From Sminthopsis crassicaudata (taxonomy: Eukaryota), in NCBI RefSeq assembly GCF_048593235.1, contig NC_133619.1, positions 635,478,558 through 635,542,557 of the forward strand: a DNA stretch of 64,000 nucleotides, in the 5' to 3' direction. A program made the translations under genes and the position numbers. Position 1 is the first letter of the stretch; each line of letters begins with the position of its first letter. The notes under the pieces are model-generated. The model had not been told where the DNA came from and did not search any database. It was given only the letters and a program-made list of their open reading frames with translations. Positions 1-13,060 of the stretch are shown in pieces.

Positions 1-2048
1 AACTTTCAGATTTTATTATTTTAGTATTCTTTGTAGAACTTCCCTGAAATTTAAAAAAAAAATTTTTTTTTAACCTGTGTTTTTTGTGGTAGAATTTATT
101 AACAATGTAAATTTTGTGGTTTACCTTAGGGGAAAAACAGTTGTTTTTTTATAATTCATTCTCAAGGAGAAGCTGACAACAGCTTCTACCTTCTCTCTTC
201 CCTTAATCTTACACCTTTGAAAATAAGTTTTCTCTCACATTTCTTTATTTTTCATGCTCTTTTCAGTTCTGACATTTTCTTCATTTGGTTCATTTTTCAT
301 TCCTAACCCATAAAGGCTGGGCCTTTATATGATTTTTCTTTCTTGGACATTTTAAGCATTTTTGGGAAATTCAGGTAAGCTGAGGGATTTTTCCTTCTTA
401 GGCATCTATTCAGAAAATTTTCCAGGACTCTCCCCTACTCTCTGACTCCCTTACTGATTGTCTTATTGGGGAACAGTTATTATTCATATATATTCATATA
501 TGCACACATATAGATATATGTATGTATATAGTATCATGTGTTATGTGTGAAAGAGAGGACTGTGACCTTTCTTTTTGTAATTTCTTGTGTTTTCCCACCG
601 TTGGGACTCTGCTCAAGGCCAATTCCTTACCTCTACTTGAGCTTTGTAGATGTGCAAGAATGAATACATGGAGAAATTATTTAATATATAAAAATAGAGA
701 TAATTTTCCTTTCTTTCATGGGATCAAAGTGCTTTTTTTCACTAAGACTCTGTCATACTATCTCTCATACTTGAGTTTAACTAATGGCAGAGTCCTTTGG
801 AAGCTCTCAACATCTCTGCCCGTATCTCCCATATTTGTGTCCTACAAAGGCCCAGAGCCCTCCTTGAGCATAGAGCAGGTCCAGGTGTTGGGGAAGCAGA
901 ATGCATCAGCACAGGCTGCCCAGGAAAGAGTGGTGCCAGGCCTGTCCTCTCAGAAAGGGCTTCAAGTGGCCCAGCCATGCTTTGGAAGCGAGAATGCCAG
1001 GCTCCTGACTGGGCCATGCCTGTGGGTGGGAGGCACCTGCTGACAAGAGCTGAGCTGTCTAGCCTCCAGAGCCCACTCTGTCCTCTGGCAGCCAGAGGAC
1101 TTTTCCCTTCATTAAGCATTCACCAAGGGCCCGGGTTCCAGGCATTTCTTTTGTTAAAATCTGGTTTGGCTGTGGGCCTCGGCAGAGCTCGTGTTTGATG
1201 AGTTCTCTGGGAGTGGAGAGAGAACGGGGCCCAGAGCAGAGCTGCCTTGGGAAGGGGCAGCCAGGAGGGTCTTCTGGGGAAGGGGATCAGGGAGCAGAAA
1301 GGGAATGGATGGCAGGTAGTCAGGAGTGACGGTTCTCTAGAAGGAATTGAGAGAAGCTGTGGGTTTTTTAGAGGGATTCTAAGCGAGGGTCTGTGGAAGG
1401 CGTGAACAGAGAACGCTGGGCCTGAGGGTGTTACTCACTGTGTGACTGTGGGTGAACCTTTGGGCCTCTCAGCCTCAGTTTCCTCCTCTACCAGATGGCT
1501 TCAGGCTCTAAATCTGTGATCTGATGCTGGTGTTCTCTCAGCTCTAAAAGATACTCCTGTGAGCTGGTGGGTCACTAGTCTGTCCTGCTTGTCAGGTGCC
1601 CTGGGAAGAGCTACAAAGAGCTTAGGTGGGGTGGGCAAGGAGAGGAGGACAGGACAATGCCCAGGTGACTTGGGTCTAACGTGGGAGGAATAACTGTCTG
1701 GGGTTCCTTAGGCATAAGTGTTGTGCATCCTCTACTTGCTTCCTTGCCCCTTCACCAGAGACTAAGGATCTCTTTTCAGAACGACTCTTAATTCACTGGC
1801 AGCTCACATGGCATCTGTGTTTCAAGTTACTTCAACTAATCTAAGTTTTTGGGACTAGTAAGATAAATGAAATTTGTGGCCCGACTTGTTCCAAGAAAAA
1901 ACAAAAGTTTGGACTAAATTTGTCACCCCAGACTCAGATGGTCTTCTATCTGCTTAGGGGTGACTTATTTCTGTTGATCAGTGCGGTCAGTTGCAAATCT
2001 TTTGTGCCCGTTTCTCACGTGCCTTCTTTCTTCAAACCTCTTCTCTAG

Positions 2049-2224
2049 ACCAGGATGGTGATAAGAAGCTGGTTTTGTCCGAGTTCATTTCCCTGCCTGT
2101 GGGGACAGTCGAAAACCAGCAGGCCCAGGACATTGATGATGATTGGGTGAAAGACAGGAAGAAGGAATTTGAAGAAGTAATTGATGCTAACCACGATGGG
2201 ATTGTCACCATGGATGAGCTCGAG
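2049..2224 (+). CDS. SDF4: SDF4 (Cab45, 45 kDa calcium-binding protein) penultimate coding exon
   Basis: AG acceptor 2047-2048 after pyrimidine tract, GT donor 2225; translates [59 protein letters not shown] with two EF-hand loops ([16 protein letters not shown]); 176 nt, phase compatible with next exon. Upstream exons are outside the window. Confidence 0.97.
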
Positions 2225-4583
2225 GTGAGGCCCGTGGAGGGGACCTGTCCAGAGGCCATTCTCTCAGCTTTTGTCGGTCTGTGACAGGCCCTCAGGTCTT
2301 TCGTTATGGCCTTCGGTGATCTGTGGTTCAGTCACTGCTTTTCGGTCCAGTCAGGCTTGTGCTGTGGGCAGCCATCCAACCCTTCTGCTTATAGAAACAG
2401 AGGGCTTGCTTCCATTTCAGGTCAGCAAGCCTCTGTTGGGTGTCACTGGGTGAGTCCCATCTCTGATGTAAGAGAGTTAAGAAGGGGGTTGTGGGGATTT
2501 TCATTCTGGGTGATCTATCATTCCTAATTCGATTATCTAGCCTGCCCACCTTCACACCTCTGGTCTGAAGATCCAAATAGTTCTTAAACTAACCCTTGGG
2601 CATTCATAGTAGGAGGCCATTTACTGTTTAAGAACCATTCCTTATGGTGTATGATCACCAAGTTCCAAGGTGGTCTGCTCCTTAGATTTCACTGGTGCAG
2701 GCAATGGTCAATAAGGAGCCTCCCTGTGCTGGTGCAGCGGACCCCACCTTTCCTGCAGTTCGGGTCTTGGAGAGTTCCTTTAGACCCCTGATGGGACCAA
2801 GCGACTTGTGCCAGCTTTGGGGTCAGCTCTCTCTCTAGTTTGCCGCCCTGCTTCACTGACATGTGTCATACTCTTAGAGAGCTATTTTATATGTGGAAGA
2901 AGTATGGTGGGGCAGGAGAAGAAGGAGGAAGGAGGGAGATGGAGTCAGAGAAAGAGAGGGGGAGAGAGGATGCCGTTAGTGGTTCATTAAAAGTTTTAAA
3001 GGATGCACAACTCGGTGCTTTGGCTGGGCTTCCATAATTTCATAAACTCACCAAGGGCCCCTGGTTCTCCCCATGGCCTGCCCACAGCTTTAAATAATGA
3101 AATTTTTGCCAGTATTTAGGCTTCTGTAGAAAGAAGGAGATGGTCCCTTCAACACCTGGGTATGTCCAGTGGGCACTGAATAGGTTTTCCTATTCTTAGC
3201 TCCCACTTATTGGAGAGGGAAGCTCAGCTGGTTAGAGGAAGGGCTGACAGCACCTTGTTGCTGCTGTTACTGATCTGACATGGGGTGGGTTTCTGGGCAT
3301 GGACCTGTAAAGAAGCTCGGGGGGCCTGGAGATGCTGACCCTCACCCCATCTTTCCTCTTAGAACAGAAAGGGGATTTCAGGAGTCAGGGAGGTGGGAGC
3401 GCTCTGCCAGGGCAAGTACGTCTGTTTTGTCTGATGTTCCACAGACTAATTTCACAGATGAGGAAATCAATTCTTGGAGAAGAATTGAACTCTAATCACG
3501 GTCTCTTTCAGCTCTAAAATCTTTGGTTCTCTCCTTTAAGAAAACTTGGAGTTGTCTCGAGTCATAGGATGTGCAGGAAGCAAAGCGTCCAGTCCTCTAG
3601 GCCCGCCCTGGCTTTTCTTCATTACTCTGGGTGCAAAAGTGCTTCCTGAGGGTTTAGTACATTGAATCAGAAGGGCCAAGCTGGCCACTGTGTTGGGAGC
3701 GGGCAGACTGAGGGGGTTGGATTATAAGGAAGAGCTCGGCCACCACAGAGAACAAGACAAGGCAGTGAGGTCTGGAATCCCCCCTCTGGAAGGTTTCAGA
3801 GCCCTTCTCCCCTGCTCTCGGCTCATAGCAGAAGCACCGACCCCTGGCTCCTCAAGCTTGGGACTGCCTTTCTGGCCTTTGTCCTTCAGCTTCTGTCCTG
3901 TAGCGAGAAAGGTGGGAAACTGAGGAGAAACAGCTGGTGGTTTAGAGCTGTAGCCCTGGGTGGAGTCGTACAGGCATGGGATCCCTTGTCCCAGGCATTG
4001 CCCTGCTTGTGTGCCCCGAAGCCAAAGGGGATGCCCATCAGTGCTTCCCTGGCAGAGGCGGGCTGGCGTGGCCACCCTCATAGCTGAGGAGCCCTGCTCA
4101 AGAGCAGGGAGGGGGGGCTTCATATAGAAAACCTGTCTCTGGGAGGATGGAGGCTGAGGCAGCGAGCCACACAGCCTACGACAGGCCCAGAGCTTATCAG
4201 TCAGTCAGCAAGCATCTCTCAAGTAAGAAGACTTCTGTTCTGTCAGGGAGAGAAGATTGATTCAAGGCACATCAAGAAATTTGTGGTGGGTGGGAGGCAG
4301 CCAGGGGAATCAGGGTGAGCTTCATGGAGGAGGTAGCACCTAGGGTAAACTCTGAAGGAGACCAGGAGGCAGAGGGAAGTGTGGGGAGAGGGAAGGCATG
4401 CTAAGTTTGGGGGGCAAAGGTGTGGAGATAGGATGTGCCAGATGGAGATAATTTGCTGCCCACTTGGCAAACAAGTTGAATTTGACCTTCGAGTAAGAGG
4501 GAAACCTGCAGTTTTTTAAGCAGAGGTGTGAGATAGTTAGTCTTGTGCTTTAGCAAAGTCATTTTGGGGGCTTGCAGAAAGTA

Positions 4584-5836
4584 AATAGTCTACCTCTCAG
4601 ACCTGTGGAGGAGGAAGGAATTTATGACCAGAGGAGAATTAGAGATCATTATTGATCACAAAACAGAAGATTTTGATTACATCAAACTAAAAAGTTTCTG
4701 TACAAGCAATACTAATGCAAACAAGATTAGAAGGGAAGTAACAAATTGGGAAAATATTTTTAAAAGGAAAGGTTCTGACAAAGGTCTCATTTCCAAAATA
4801 TATAGAGAACTGACCCTGATTTATAGGAAACCAAACCATTCTCCAATTGATAAATGGTCAAGGGATATGAACAGACAATTCTCAGATGATGAAATTGAAA
4901 CTATTTCCACTCATATGAAAGAGTTCCAAATCACTATTGATCAGAGAAATGCAAATTAAGACAATTCTGAGATACCACTACACACCTGTCAGATTGGCTA
5001 AGATGACAGGAACAAATAATGATGAATGTTGGAGGGGATGTGGGAAAACTGGGACACTGATACATTGTTGGTGGAGTTGTGAAAGAATCCAGCCATTCTG
5101 GAGAGCAATCTGGAATTATGCCCAAAAAGTTATCAAAATGTGCATACTCTTTGACCCAGCATTGCTGCTATTGGGCTTATATCCCAAAGAAATACTGAAG
5201 AGCGGAAAGGGACCTGTATGTGCCAAAATGTTTGTGGCAGCTCTTTTGTTGTAGCTAGAAACTGGAAGATGAGTGGATGTCCATCCATTGGAGAATGGTT
5301 GGGTAAATTATGGTATATGAAGGTTATGGAATATTATTGCTCTGTAAGAAATGACCAGCAGGAGGAATACAGAGAGGCCTGGAGAGACTTACATCAACTG
5401 ATGCTGAGTGAAATGAATAGAACCAGAAGATCGCTGTACACTTCAATGCTGTATGAGGATGTGTTCTGATGGAAGTGGATATCTTCAACATAAAGAAGAT
5501 CCAGCTCACTTCCAGTTGTTCAATGATGGACAGAAATAACTACACCCAGAGAAGGAACACTGGGAAGTGAATGTAAATTGTTAGCACTACTGTCTATCTA
5601 CCCAGGTTACTTATACCTTCGGAAGCTAATAATTAATGTGCAACAAGAAAATTGTATTTACACACATATATTGTATCTAGGTTATATTGTAACACATGTA
5701 AAATGTATGGGATTGCCTGTCATCAAGGGGAGGGAGTGGAGGGAGGGAGGGGATAATTTGGAAAAATGAATACAAGGGATAATATTATTTTAAAAAAAAA
5801 ATCTAAATAAATTTAAAAAAAAAAAGAAAAGAAAAA
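4584..5836 (+). mobile_element. 5'-truncated L1 (3' end of ORF2, 3' UTR, A-rich tail) in SDF4 last intron
   Basis: Closely matches the L1 at 35276-36480; C-terminal ORF2 peptide ([16 protein letters not shown]) broken by small deletions; A-rich tail; 13-bp TSD AGAAAGTA(A/G)ATAG at 4576-4588 and 5837-5849. Confidence 0.95.
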
Positions 5837-6799
5837 AGAAAGTAGATAGACTGTGGAGGACTTCACTAAGTCTTGTGGCAGCTTCCCTAAGAGCCGGCCC
5901 GCAGGCCTGTCCTCCTTGGCCTGCCCTCCTTGGCCGTGAGGGAACTGCGAGTACATTCTGGTGTGGTAGTGAACAGGAAGCCTGCTGGGGCCCTGGCCAC
6001 GCTAAGCCTCGGGCGCCCATGGAAACAAAAGTGGGGTTTTTGTTCATTTGCCTTTGGGCCAAGGATGGGATTTCAGTTTCCTCTGGGCAGGAGCCTCCGA
6101 ACATGCGGCTTCCTGGGTGACCCATTGGCGGCACTGGCTTCCTGTGCTATTTCGTGGCCTTCTTTCCCTTCAGTGGCAGTTCTTTGCTTGTGAATATGGG
6201 ATATGAAGGACCCACATGGTAGGACTCTGAGAAGGGAGCGACCTAATAAAGGAGGATAACCACTGAACTAGGCAGCCTGCTCTGCTGCGAGAGGTTGCGG
6301 CCCTGGAAGATGAACAGTCTGGGATCTTGGCAGTGTTCACCGTCTTTTTAGAGTTTTGAGGGCTGTGTTTCTGTTGGAGTGATAAGAAACACATTCAGGG
6401 ACCCTTAGCCGTGTGGGCACTTTGGCCTTTTGGGTCTCATTTCATCCGTTGCCTAAAGCCGCAGGTTCCCAATGGTCAAAACTGTCCTTCCTTCTGGGCT
6501 TCCCTGATCGAGTTCAGAATTCATCCTCAGCCTACCGCTTCTGGCCTGCAGCCTTCTGCAGAATGTGGAGGGCGCCTGTGGCGGGAGGGGGCGACGTTGG
6601 GAAAGGGACTTTTTCCTCATATTACTCTGTTTGGGAGACTGGGAAAGGTGGGTGTAAGTCAGTCATTTGTGAGTGAAAAATGTATTTTAGTGCTGGTAAA
6701 TGCCCCAAACCTGGAAGAGTTTTGGCGTTTGGGATTCATGCCTTAAGGGATCCCGGTATGGTTCTTGTCTCTGTCTTTCTGATTGTTTGTCTCTCATAG

Positions 6800-6976
6800 G
6801 AGTACATGGATCCCATGAACGAATACAACGCTCTCAACGAAGCCAAACAGATGATAGCCGTGGCCGATGAGAACCAGAACCACCACCTCGAGATGGAGGA
6901 GATCCTGAAATATGGGGAATACTTCACGGGGAGCAAGTTAATGGACTATGCCCGGAACGTCCACGAAGAGTTCTGA
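6800..6976 (+). CDS. SDF4: SDF4 last coding exon
   Basis: AG acceptor 6798-6799; [58 protein letters not shown]-stop (TGA 6974-6976); EF-hand DENQNHHL and C-terminal HEEF characteristic of Cab45 (CREC family). Confidence 0.97.
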   Translation, partial: EYMDPMNEYNALNEAKQMIAVADENQNHHLEMEEILKYGEYFTGSKLMDYARNVHEEF

Positions 6977-7074
6977 GGTCTCCCTCCCGAGGAGCTTGCT
7001 GCACCTTCTCGCGCTCCTGCCCTTGCTCCTGCCCCACTGACGAGAGAATAGAATTCTCCTGCTGCTATTTGTGG

Positions 7075-7105
7075 TGTGAGTGTGTGTGTGATTGTGTGAT
7101 TGTGT

Positions 7106-7158
<53 letters not shown>

Positions 7159-7160
7159 CA
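7075..7160. repeat. (TG)n microsatellite followed by (CG)3 in SDF4 3' UTR
   Basis: Pure (TG)22 at 7109-7152, interrupted TG units upstream, cgcgcgca downstream. Confidence 0.95.
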
Positions 7161-7825
7161 CCCGCGCACTCGCATTGTTCTGGAACAGAGAGCCTTCCGT
7201 CCACCTAGAACTCTAGACGTGTGGGTCCGTTGTTTTGCCCATCCCAGCTCAGCAGGGGAGTGGCCATTGGAATGCTTTTCCCAGAGCAGACCACCATGTT
7301 TTCAACCAGACCCTTCCTTTGGCTCATGACACCCCTCCAGGAACCAGCTGAGTGGGATTGGGGGGACGTGGGGGCTTCTCTGTGGCTTAGGAAGAGGAAG
7401 CAAGTCCAGGGGCCAGTTCTTGGCCGGCAGGCCGAAGAAGAATAAGGATGGTTTTTCCCAACAAGTCAGGGCACCCTGCTTAGCCCTGAGACCGTGTGAA
7501 TGAGGCCTCGGTTAATGTTTACTCTGGCTGCCTTGAGTTGGTCCTTAGAAGTCATCCAGGGAGAGAATCCAAACTGGGCGCGAGCAGCATGATCTCCATG
7601 TTCTTTTGGCATTTTCTGGAGCAGGCCTGGGCCCACTCGGAGCTGGCCATGCCAGAGTGACGGAGGCTCTAGTTTGGAGGGGACGGGCTCTTCCTCTTCG
7701 TCCCCAGTGAGGAAGCTGCCCCACTCCGCATCAGGCTTTTGGGAGACACTCACATCTGGATCGGGCCTCCCCTGCCCTTCCTGTATTGTTATTTTGTCCC
7801 AACAGCAGTTTTGTTTTTCAGATTT

Positions 7826-7831
7826 ATTAAA
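7826..7831 (+). terminator. Candidate SDF4 polyadenylation signal (ATTAAA)
   Basis: First A(A/T)TAAA hexamer I found after the stop codon, ~850 nt downstream, followed by T/GT-rich sequence (gcttattgtatttattg). Confidence 0.4.
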
Positions 7832-10800
7832 AATCTCCTCATAAAGCTTGGCTTATTGTATTTATTGAGAGCACTCGGGGGTGGCTGGTCTAGGAGTGAC
7901 TTAGCCAAGGTCCCACGGAGGGCTGCGTCAGAGGTGGGCCGGAAGCCGGCTCCTGTGGTCTTCAGATCCTGCTTTCTTCCCATTATACCGCCCTGGCCAG
8001 GGACCAGCAGCCTCTGAGGCGTCCCGTTAATACCCGCTGTTAATGGGATACAAAATGTCACCCACGGGCACACCCAGGGCGGCAGCGACCCCCTCTGCCT
8101 CACTGAGACAGAAAACTGAGGAGGGTCTACCCACGAAAAGGAGTGAGCTTGCCAGAAGAAGTGGCCAGGCTTTGTGGTGGGGGTTGTGTCTCGGGGCGGG
8201 GTGGACCCTGGGATGGTGACCAACGGCAGCCTTGCTCCGGCAGAGGGGTCCGTGGCCCCCGTCACTGCAGAGGAGGGACCGGGCTCACCTGCCTCAGACT
8301 CTGAGGGACCAGGGGCCTGCTGCTGGTAAAGGCCAACAGTCAGTGCCAGGGAGCCCGTTGCAGAAGAGGACGCTGAACATGCCTGGCCTGATGGGCCTGC
8401 CCACGCCCTTTTCTCCTGGGTCTCCCTGGAAGTGTCTTTTTCATCTCCTGAGCGCTTAGTCTTTAGGGCCACACCTGGCCCAGCCTGGAGCCTCTCAGGA
8501 TGTGATGGTTTTTTTCCATCCTCCCCAGGGTCCTTATCTTCCCTGCTGCTGATCCTCGATGACGTGCTGCAGCCCGCCTGCTCACACGCATCTGCCTGAT
8601 GGGCTTTCAGTTATCTGGGGGCTGTGAGTCATGTGTCAGCCTGGAGAGGGAGAGCCACTGGGGGATCCTGAAAGGCTTTTAATAGATGTGTGCTTGTACA
8701 GCATGAAATCTGGGGGGAGGGGGTATTGTGCGTGTTAGGGAGCATGTCCTGCAGAAGTCTCATTTGGATCACTGGCCTAGGGGATGGGCTGCCCCTCCTC
8801 CCAGGAGTGTGTGTTCTGAGGGCCATAAGCAGGCCGGTCTCCTGGGGCAGAGGCAGGGCCCGCTTACATCATTTGTCCTTGGCTAGAAGTCGCATTCAGC
8901 CACGCTGCTCCCCAGGACCCCTCTCCTTGGCTGGTTGTCTGCAGATAAACTGATTTTGGCCTGGAGAACCAGCCCTTTGGTGAGATAGGTACTCGAGAGT
9001 CCAGCTTTTTAGAAAAGCAGCATAAAAGAGAGGCCGGAGCACTGTGTCCATCCTGCTCGGGCCCCAGGTAGCTGGGCATCCGCTCCCACCTCTTTATGTT
9101 CACAGATGTCTGCCACGTGAGCCCCTGGCCAGCTTCTCGTGCTCATTTACCCACATGAAATGTGTCCCAGTGGCTAAATGCTAAAGACCTTAGCTTAAAG
9201 GGGCTCCCACTGTATCCAGGGCAGTCGTCCTGACTCCGGACCCAGGGGGCTCTGGAGGACAAAGTGAGACTGCTGACCCCAGCCTCACCTCTGGGGGTCA
9301 TCAAGGACAGAGGACCAAGGAGAACGGATAAAACCTTCCTCTCTGAGTGACGGGGAGCGAGCGAGAGCTTCGCAAGCAATGCCCTTTTATCAGCACCCTT
9401 AGGGGTCGGCATATTTCGGGCAGGGGGCTCCACTGCTGGCCAGTTTCCCATGTGGGTGTGAATTGGTGAGTGGCCAGTTCCATGGAAAGTCGTCTATTTT
9501 TCTCTTATTAACTCTTTCCAAGGCCCTCGGAGACGCCCTATTTTCCCCTGGCTGCCACGTCTGCTGAGCCAGCTACTGGCATAAGTGTGACTGAGCTAGA
9601 ATCTCCCCGCTGGCGGGGGCTTGCTCCCTACATCACTGAAAGCCGTTTCCTGCGGTGTGCCAACTGTGAGTGGGCAGAGTTTGTGTAAAAATAGACGAGG
9701 GGGAAACTTTGTCCTTCCTTGGGAGTTTAGATAACTTTAGAAGGGCTTTACATCAAGCTTCAGATCTTGCCGGTATCAGCATAGCAGGGACCGAACCACG
9801 GACCCACGGCTCCCAGCGACGTGGCTCGAGACTGCCGGACGCCGCAGAGACCGTGGTCAGGCTTTTGGAGTGCATCTGTCTCCATCTGCGGCCCCTCTTC
9901 AGTCTCTATCACAGGCCGGACTCTAAGAGCGTGTCACGGCTGCTCTATCCGAGGGAGAGCCCCTTCTCCAAGCAGGCCGAAGGCCCCACTGCTAGAAATG
10001 TGAACAGAGAAGTCTGACGTCGGCTGCGGGACCGGCGGCCCTGCCTGACGCTTGGTACTTTCTAGTGATGGAAAATGCTTCTGAGGACCGTGCTGACACC
10101 TGCCCCTGCAGCCAGGAAGTTGTTCATTTGTTTTTCAGTCACGGCTGACTCTGCGTGATCCCTCTCATGCTTTGTGCCATTTCCTTCTCCAGCCCATTTG
10201 TACAGATGAGGTAAATAAATTTCAGCGACTTACCCAGGGCCCAAGGCCAGATTTGAACTCAGGTTTTCCTTATTCTGGGGTTCTTTTACAGTTTGAATGT
10301 GACCTCAAGCACACACAGCTGTGTGACCTTAGGCAAGTCCCCTCTCTGTCCAACCTAGATTCCTCAGCTGTGAAAAGGGCCTGCTGGGAGAAGCAAATCT
10401 TTATTCATATCAATATTTGTAAAGCACTTGGCGCAGTGGCTGGCACGTGGCAGCATTTCCTAAATACCCATTTCCTTCCTATTGAATTTTCTCTCAGTAG
10501 ATTCAGCCCAGTGCTCTCGTGTCAGGATCTTTTAAAACCCTGATGATGTTAGGCAGTTTCCCACCGTCATCCAGTCCTTTTCCCCGGATCCAGAGCAGAT
10601 CCCTCACTTTGGTCCAACTTGTGACATCACCTCCCTGAGTCAAGGTCCTTGAAGGGCAAACTACAGTATCCGGCTCTGCCCCCACCCCTCCTTCTTTACT
10701 AATTTGATAGTTTCTTTAAGCCATTGATGAACAGTGATAAAGTAGCGATCCCTAGGGCTTTCCACGGAGCCCTACTGTTGGGCTCTGCTCTTTCTGGCCC

Positions 10801-12222
10801 TCTGACCAGTTCAATCCAGTCTCCATCTTCTCCAGGAGAGTGGTCTGAGATGCTTTAGCAGATGCTTAGCTTAACCACCTTGCCCTCTCCACCAAAAAAG
10901 GACCCGATGTAAATCAAAGCACCCTAAGCCTAAGGCCAGTGGAATCTGCAGAGGCCTAGAAAGTCTCCAGGAAAGCAGAGGGGAGGGGGGTGCTGGGCCG
11001 TGAGGTGTCCCGTGAGTGTTCTCCCTAGCACTTGGCACCCTGGCTGGGCTCCTCACTGTACCACCATGGCACCCCCCCCACCCCCAACCTGCCCGAAATT
11101 CACTCAGCGCAAGACCTACCAGCGGCCTGCTGGGTACAGTATAACTGTCATGTCCCAGACGTAGCACCGAACTAAGGGATGAACCAAGCAGATGGGGGCT
11201 GAGACTTGCACATCAAAAGGCCTGATTTCCCTTCACCTGTAGCTGCTCTGACCTGGGGAGGGAACGGGGATTTCCAGTACCTAGCGGAGGAAGAAAAAAA
11301 ACCCCTAGGGATGAAAGCAGGGAAGGAAGGAGGGTTATTTTTTCAAGTCTGGTGGTGTTTTTAATAACGTATGTGAAAGGTTAGTGTACTTATCCTTGTC
11401 CCCGTTCTTCCCCATCAGGGGCAGTGTCCGGAAGAGAATAAAGTTGGCTTCTGACTCAAACAACCTTTCTGTCCCTAGGAAAGAGCTCCCAGTTAGACAG
11501 AATGTGAGTTAATGACAGCCATTTCATTATTATGATGTTTAAAATAACCACTTTATAGATCTCGTTCGATTCTCACAACAACCCTATAAACGCTGTTATT
11601 ATGATTATTTTTCACTTTACAGATGAGGAACCTGAGACACAAAATGTAAGCCACCTTTCAAGGACTACCAGCTGATCCCAGAAGCCACCTGCTCCTGCAG
11701 TTCTACAAGCCGCTTCCATCCCTACCACACCCTCCCTTTCTCACGTCTGCCGTCTGCCGAAGGAATCTTGGCTCGTTAACTCAAGTTTAGCCTTCGTGCA
11801 ACCAGCCAGCAGTGGGCTTAAAAAGCGTTTTTGTTCCTGAGAAGTTTGGAGGATGCTTGCCCTGGACCTGGCCGGAAAGGAAACGGGAATTGCTGAGCCA
11901 GTCCAGCTGGCTGTGTCCTGCCCATGGGGTCCTTCCATAAAATCTCAGCCTTTCTTCCTGCTTTCACTCGGTTTCCTTTCTCGGAGTCATGGTGACAAAG
12001 GAAAAAAAACTGGTTTTCCACATCAGCAAAGTCTAAGATAGAAAAATAGGAAGCATTGTACAGAAGGGAACTGACTGCTGAGCGGGTGCTGAACCTTGAA
12101 GCTCAAAATACTTAAGCTGTTCCATGAAAATCGGAATCGATGAGATGGGATCCCATTGGCTTATCTAGCCTCCCATGCCTAAGATCCTTGGCTTTACATC
12201 TTCATTTAAAATGTTCATTTAG

Positions 12223-12428
12223 GGGCAGTGGATAGAGAACCAGTCCTGAAGTCAGGAGGACCTGAGTTCAAATCTGGCCTCAGACATTTAACACTTCGGA
12301 CCCTGGGCAAGTCACTTACCCGCAATTGCCTCAGCAAAAAGCAAGCAAGCAATAAATAAATAAATGAATGAATGAATGGATGAATAGATAGATAGATAAA
12401 TACATAAATATATAAATGAATGAATGAA
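12223..12428 (+). mobile_element. Marsupial tRNA-derived SINE (WSINE1/SINE1-like) with microsatellite tail
   Basis: Head ggggcagtggatagag...ctgaagtcaggaggacctgagttcaaatc (A/B box-like); 16-bp TSD TAAAATGTTCATTTAG at 12207-12222 and 12429-12444. Confidence 0.9.
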
Positions 12429-12917
12429 TAAAATGTTCATTTAGTAATGCTCAAAGGAAGAAGAGATGATTAGTGGTGTCTGAAGTATAAAGAAGCTTAT
12501 TGCCTTAATGACCCCATAATGCTAGGGTAGTCTCCCATCCAGAGGTATATGCCTGATGTGGCTTAGAACTTCCAAGACTTGTGAAAGCATACGATTCCTG
12601 CCCAATTCTGATGAATGTTTGGGAAAAGGACGAATGGCTTGATGGATAACAATAGTCAGAAAGTTAGACTCTATGACCTGTGGGCCANNNNNNNNNNNNN
12701 NNNNNNNNNNNNNNNNNNNNNNNNNNNNNNNNNNNNNNNNNNNNNNNNNNNNNNNNNNNNNNNNNNNNNNNNNNNNNNNNNNNNNNNNNNNNNNNNNNNN
12801 NNNNNNNNNNNNNNNNNNNNNNNNNNNNNNNNNNNNNNNNNNNNNNNNNNNNNNNNNNNNNNNNNNNNNNNNNNNNNNNNNNNNNNNNNNNNNNNNNNNN
12901 NNNNNNNNNNNNNNNNN

Positions 12918-12950
12918 NTACTATTATTACTCTTATTACTACTACTACTA

Positions 12951-12982
<32 letters not shown>

Positions 12983-13060
12983 TTACTATTACTACTATTA
13001 TTACTATTACCACTACTATACTACTATTATTACTATTTCCACTAGTACTACTAGTACTGA
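12918..13060. repeat. (TAC)n/(TAT)n trinucleotide repeat adjoining an assembly gap
   Basis: Direct inspection; left end hidden in N gap 12688-12917. Confidence 0.9.

Noticed and set aside
522-1198. 173-aa and 133-aa ORFs in an SDF4 intron
   Set aside because: No homology to Cab45 or other known proteins; non-ATG or weak starts; typical chance ORFs.
12667-12687. ctatgacctgtgggcca, possibly the start of a second OC1 element
   Set aside because: No TIR upstream and the rest lies in an N gap.
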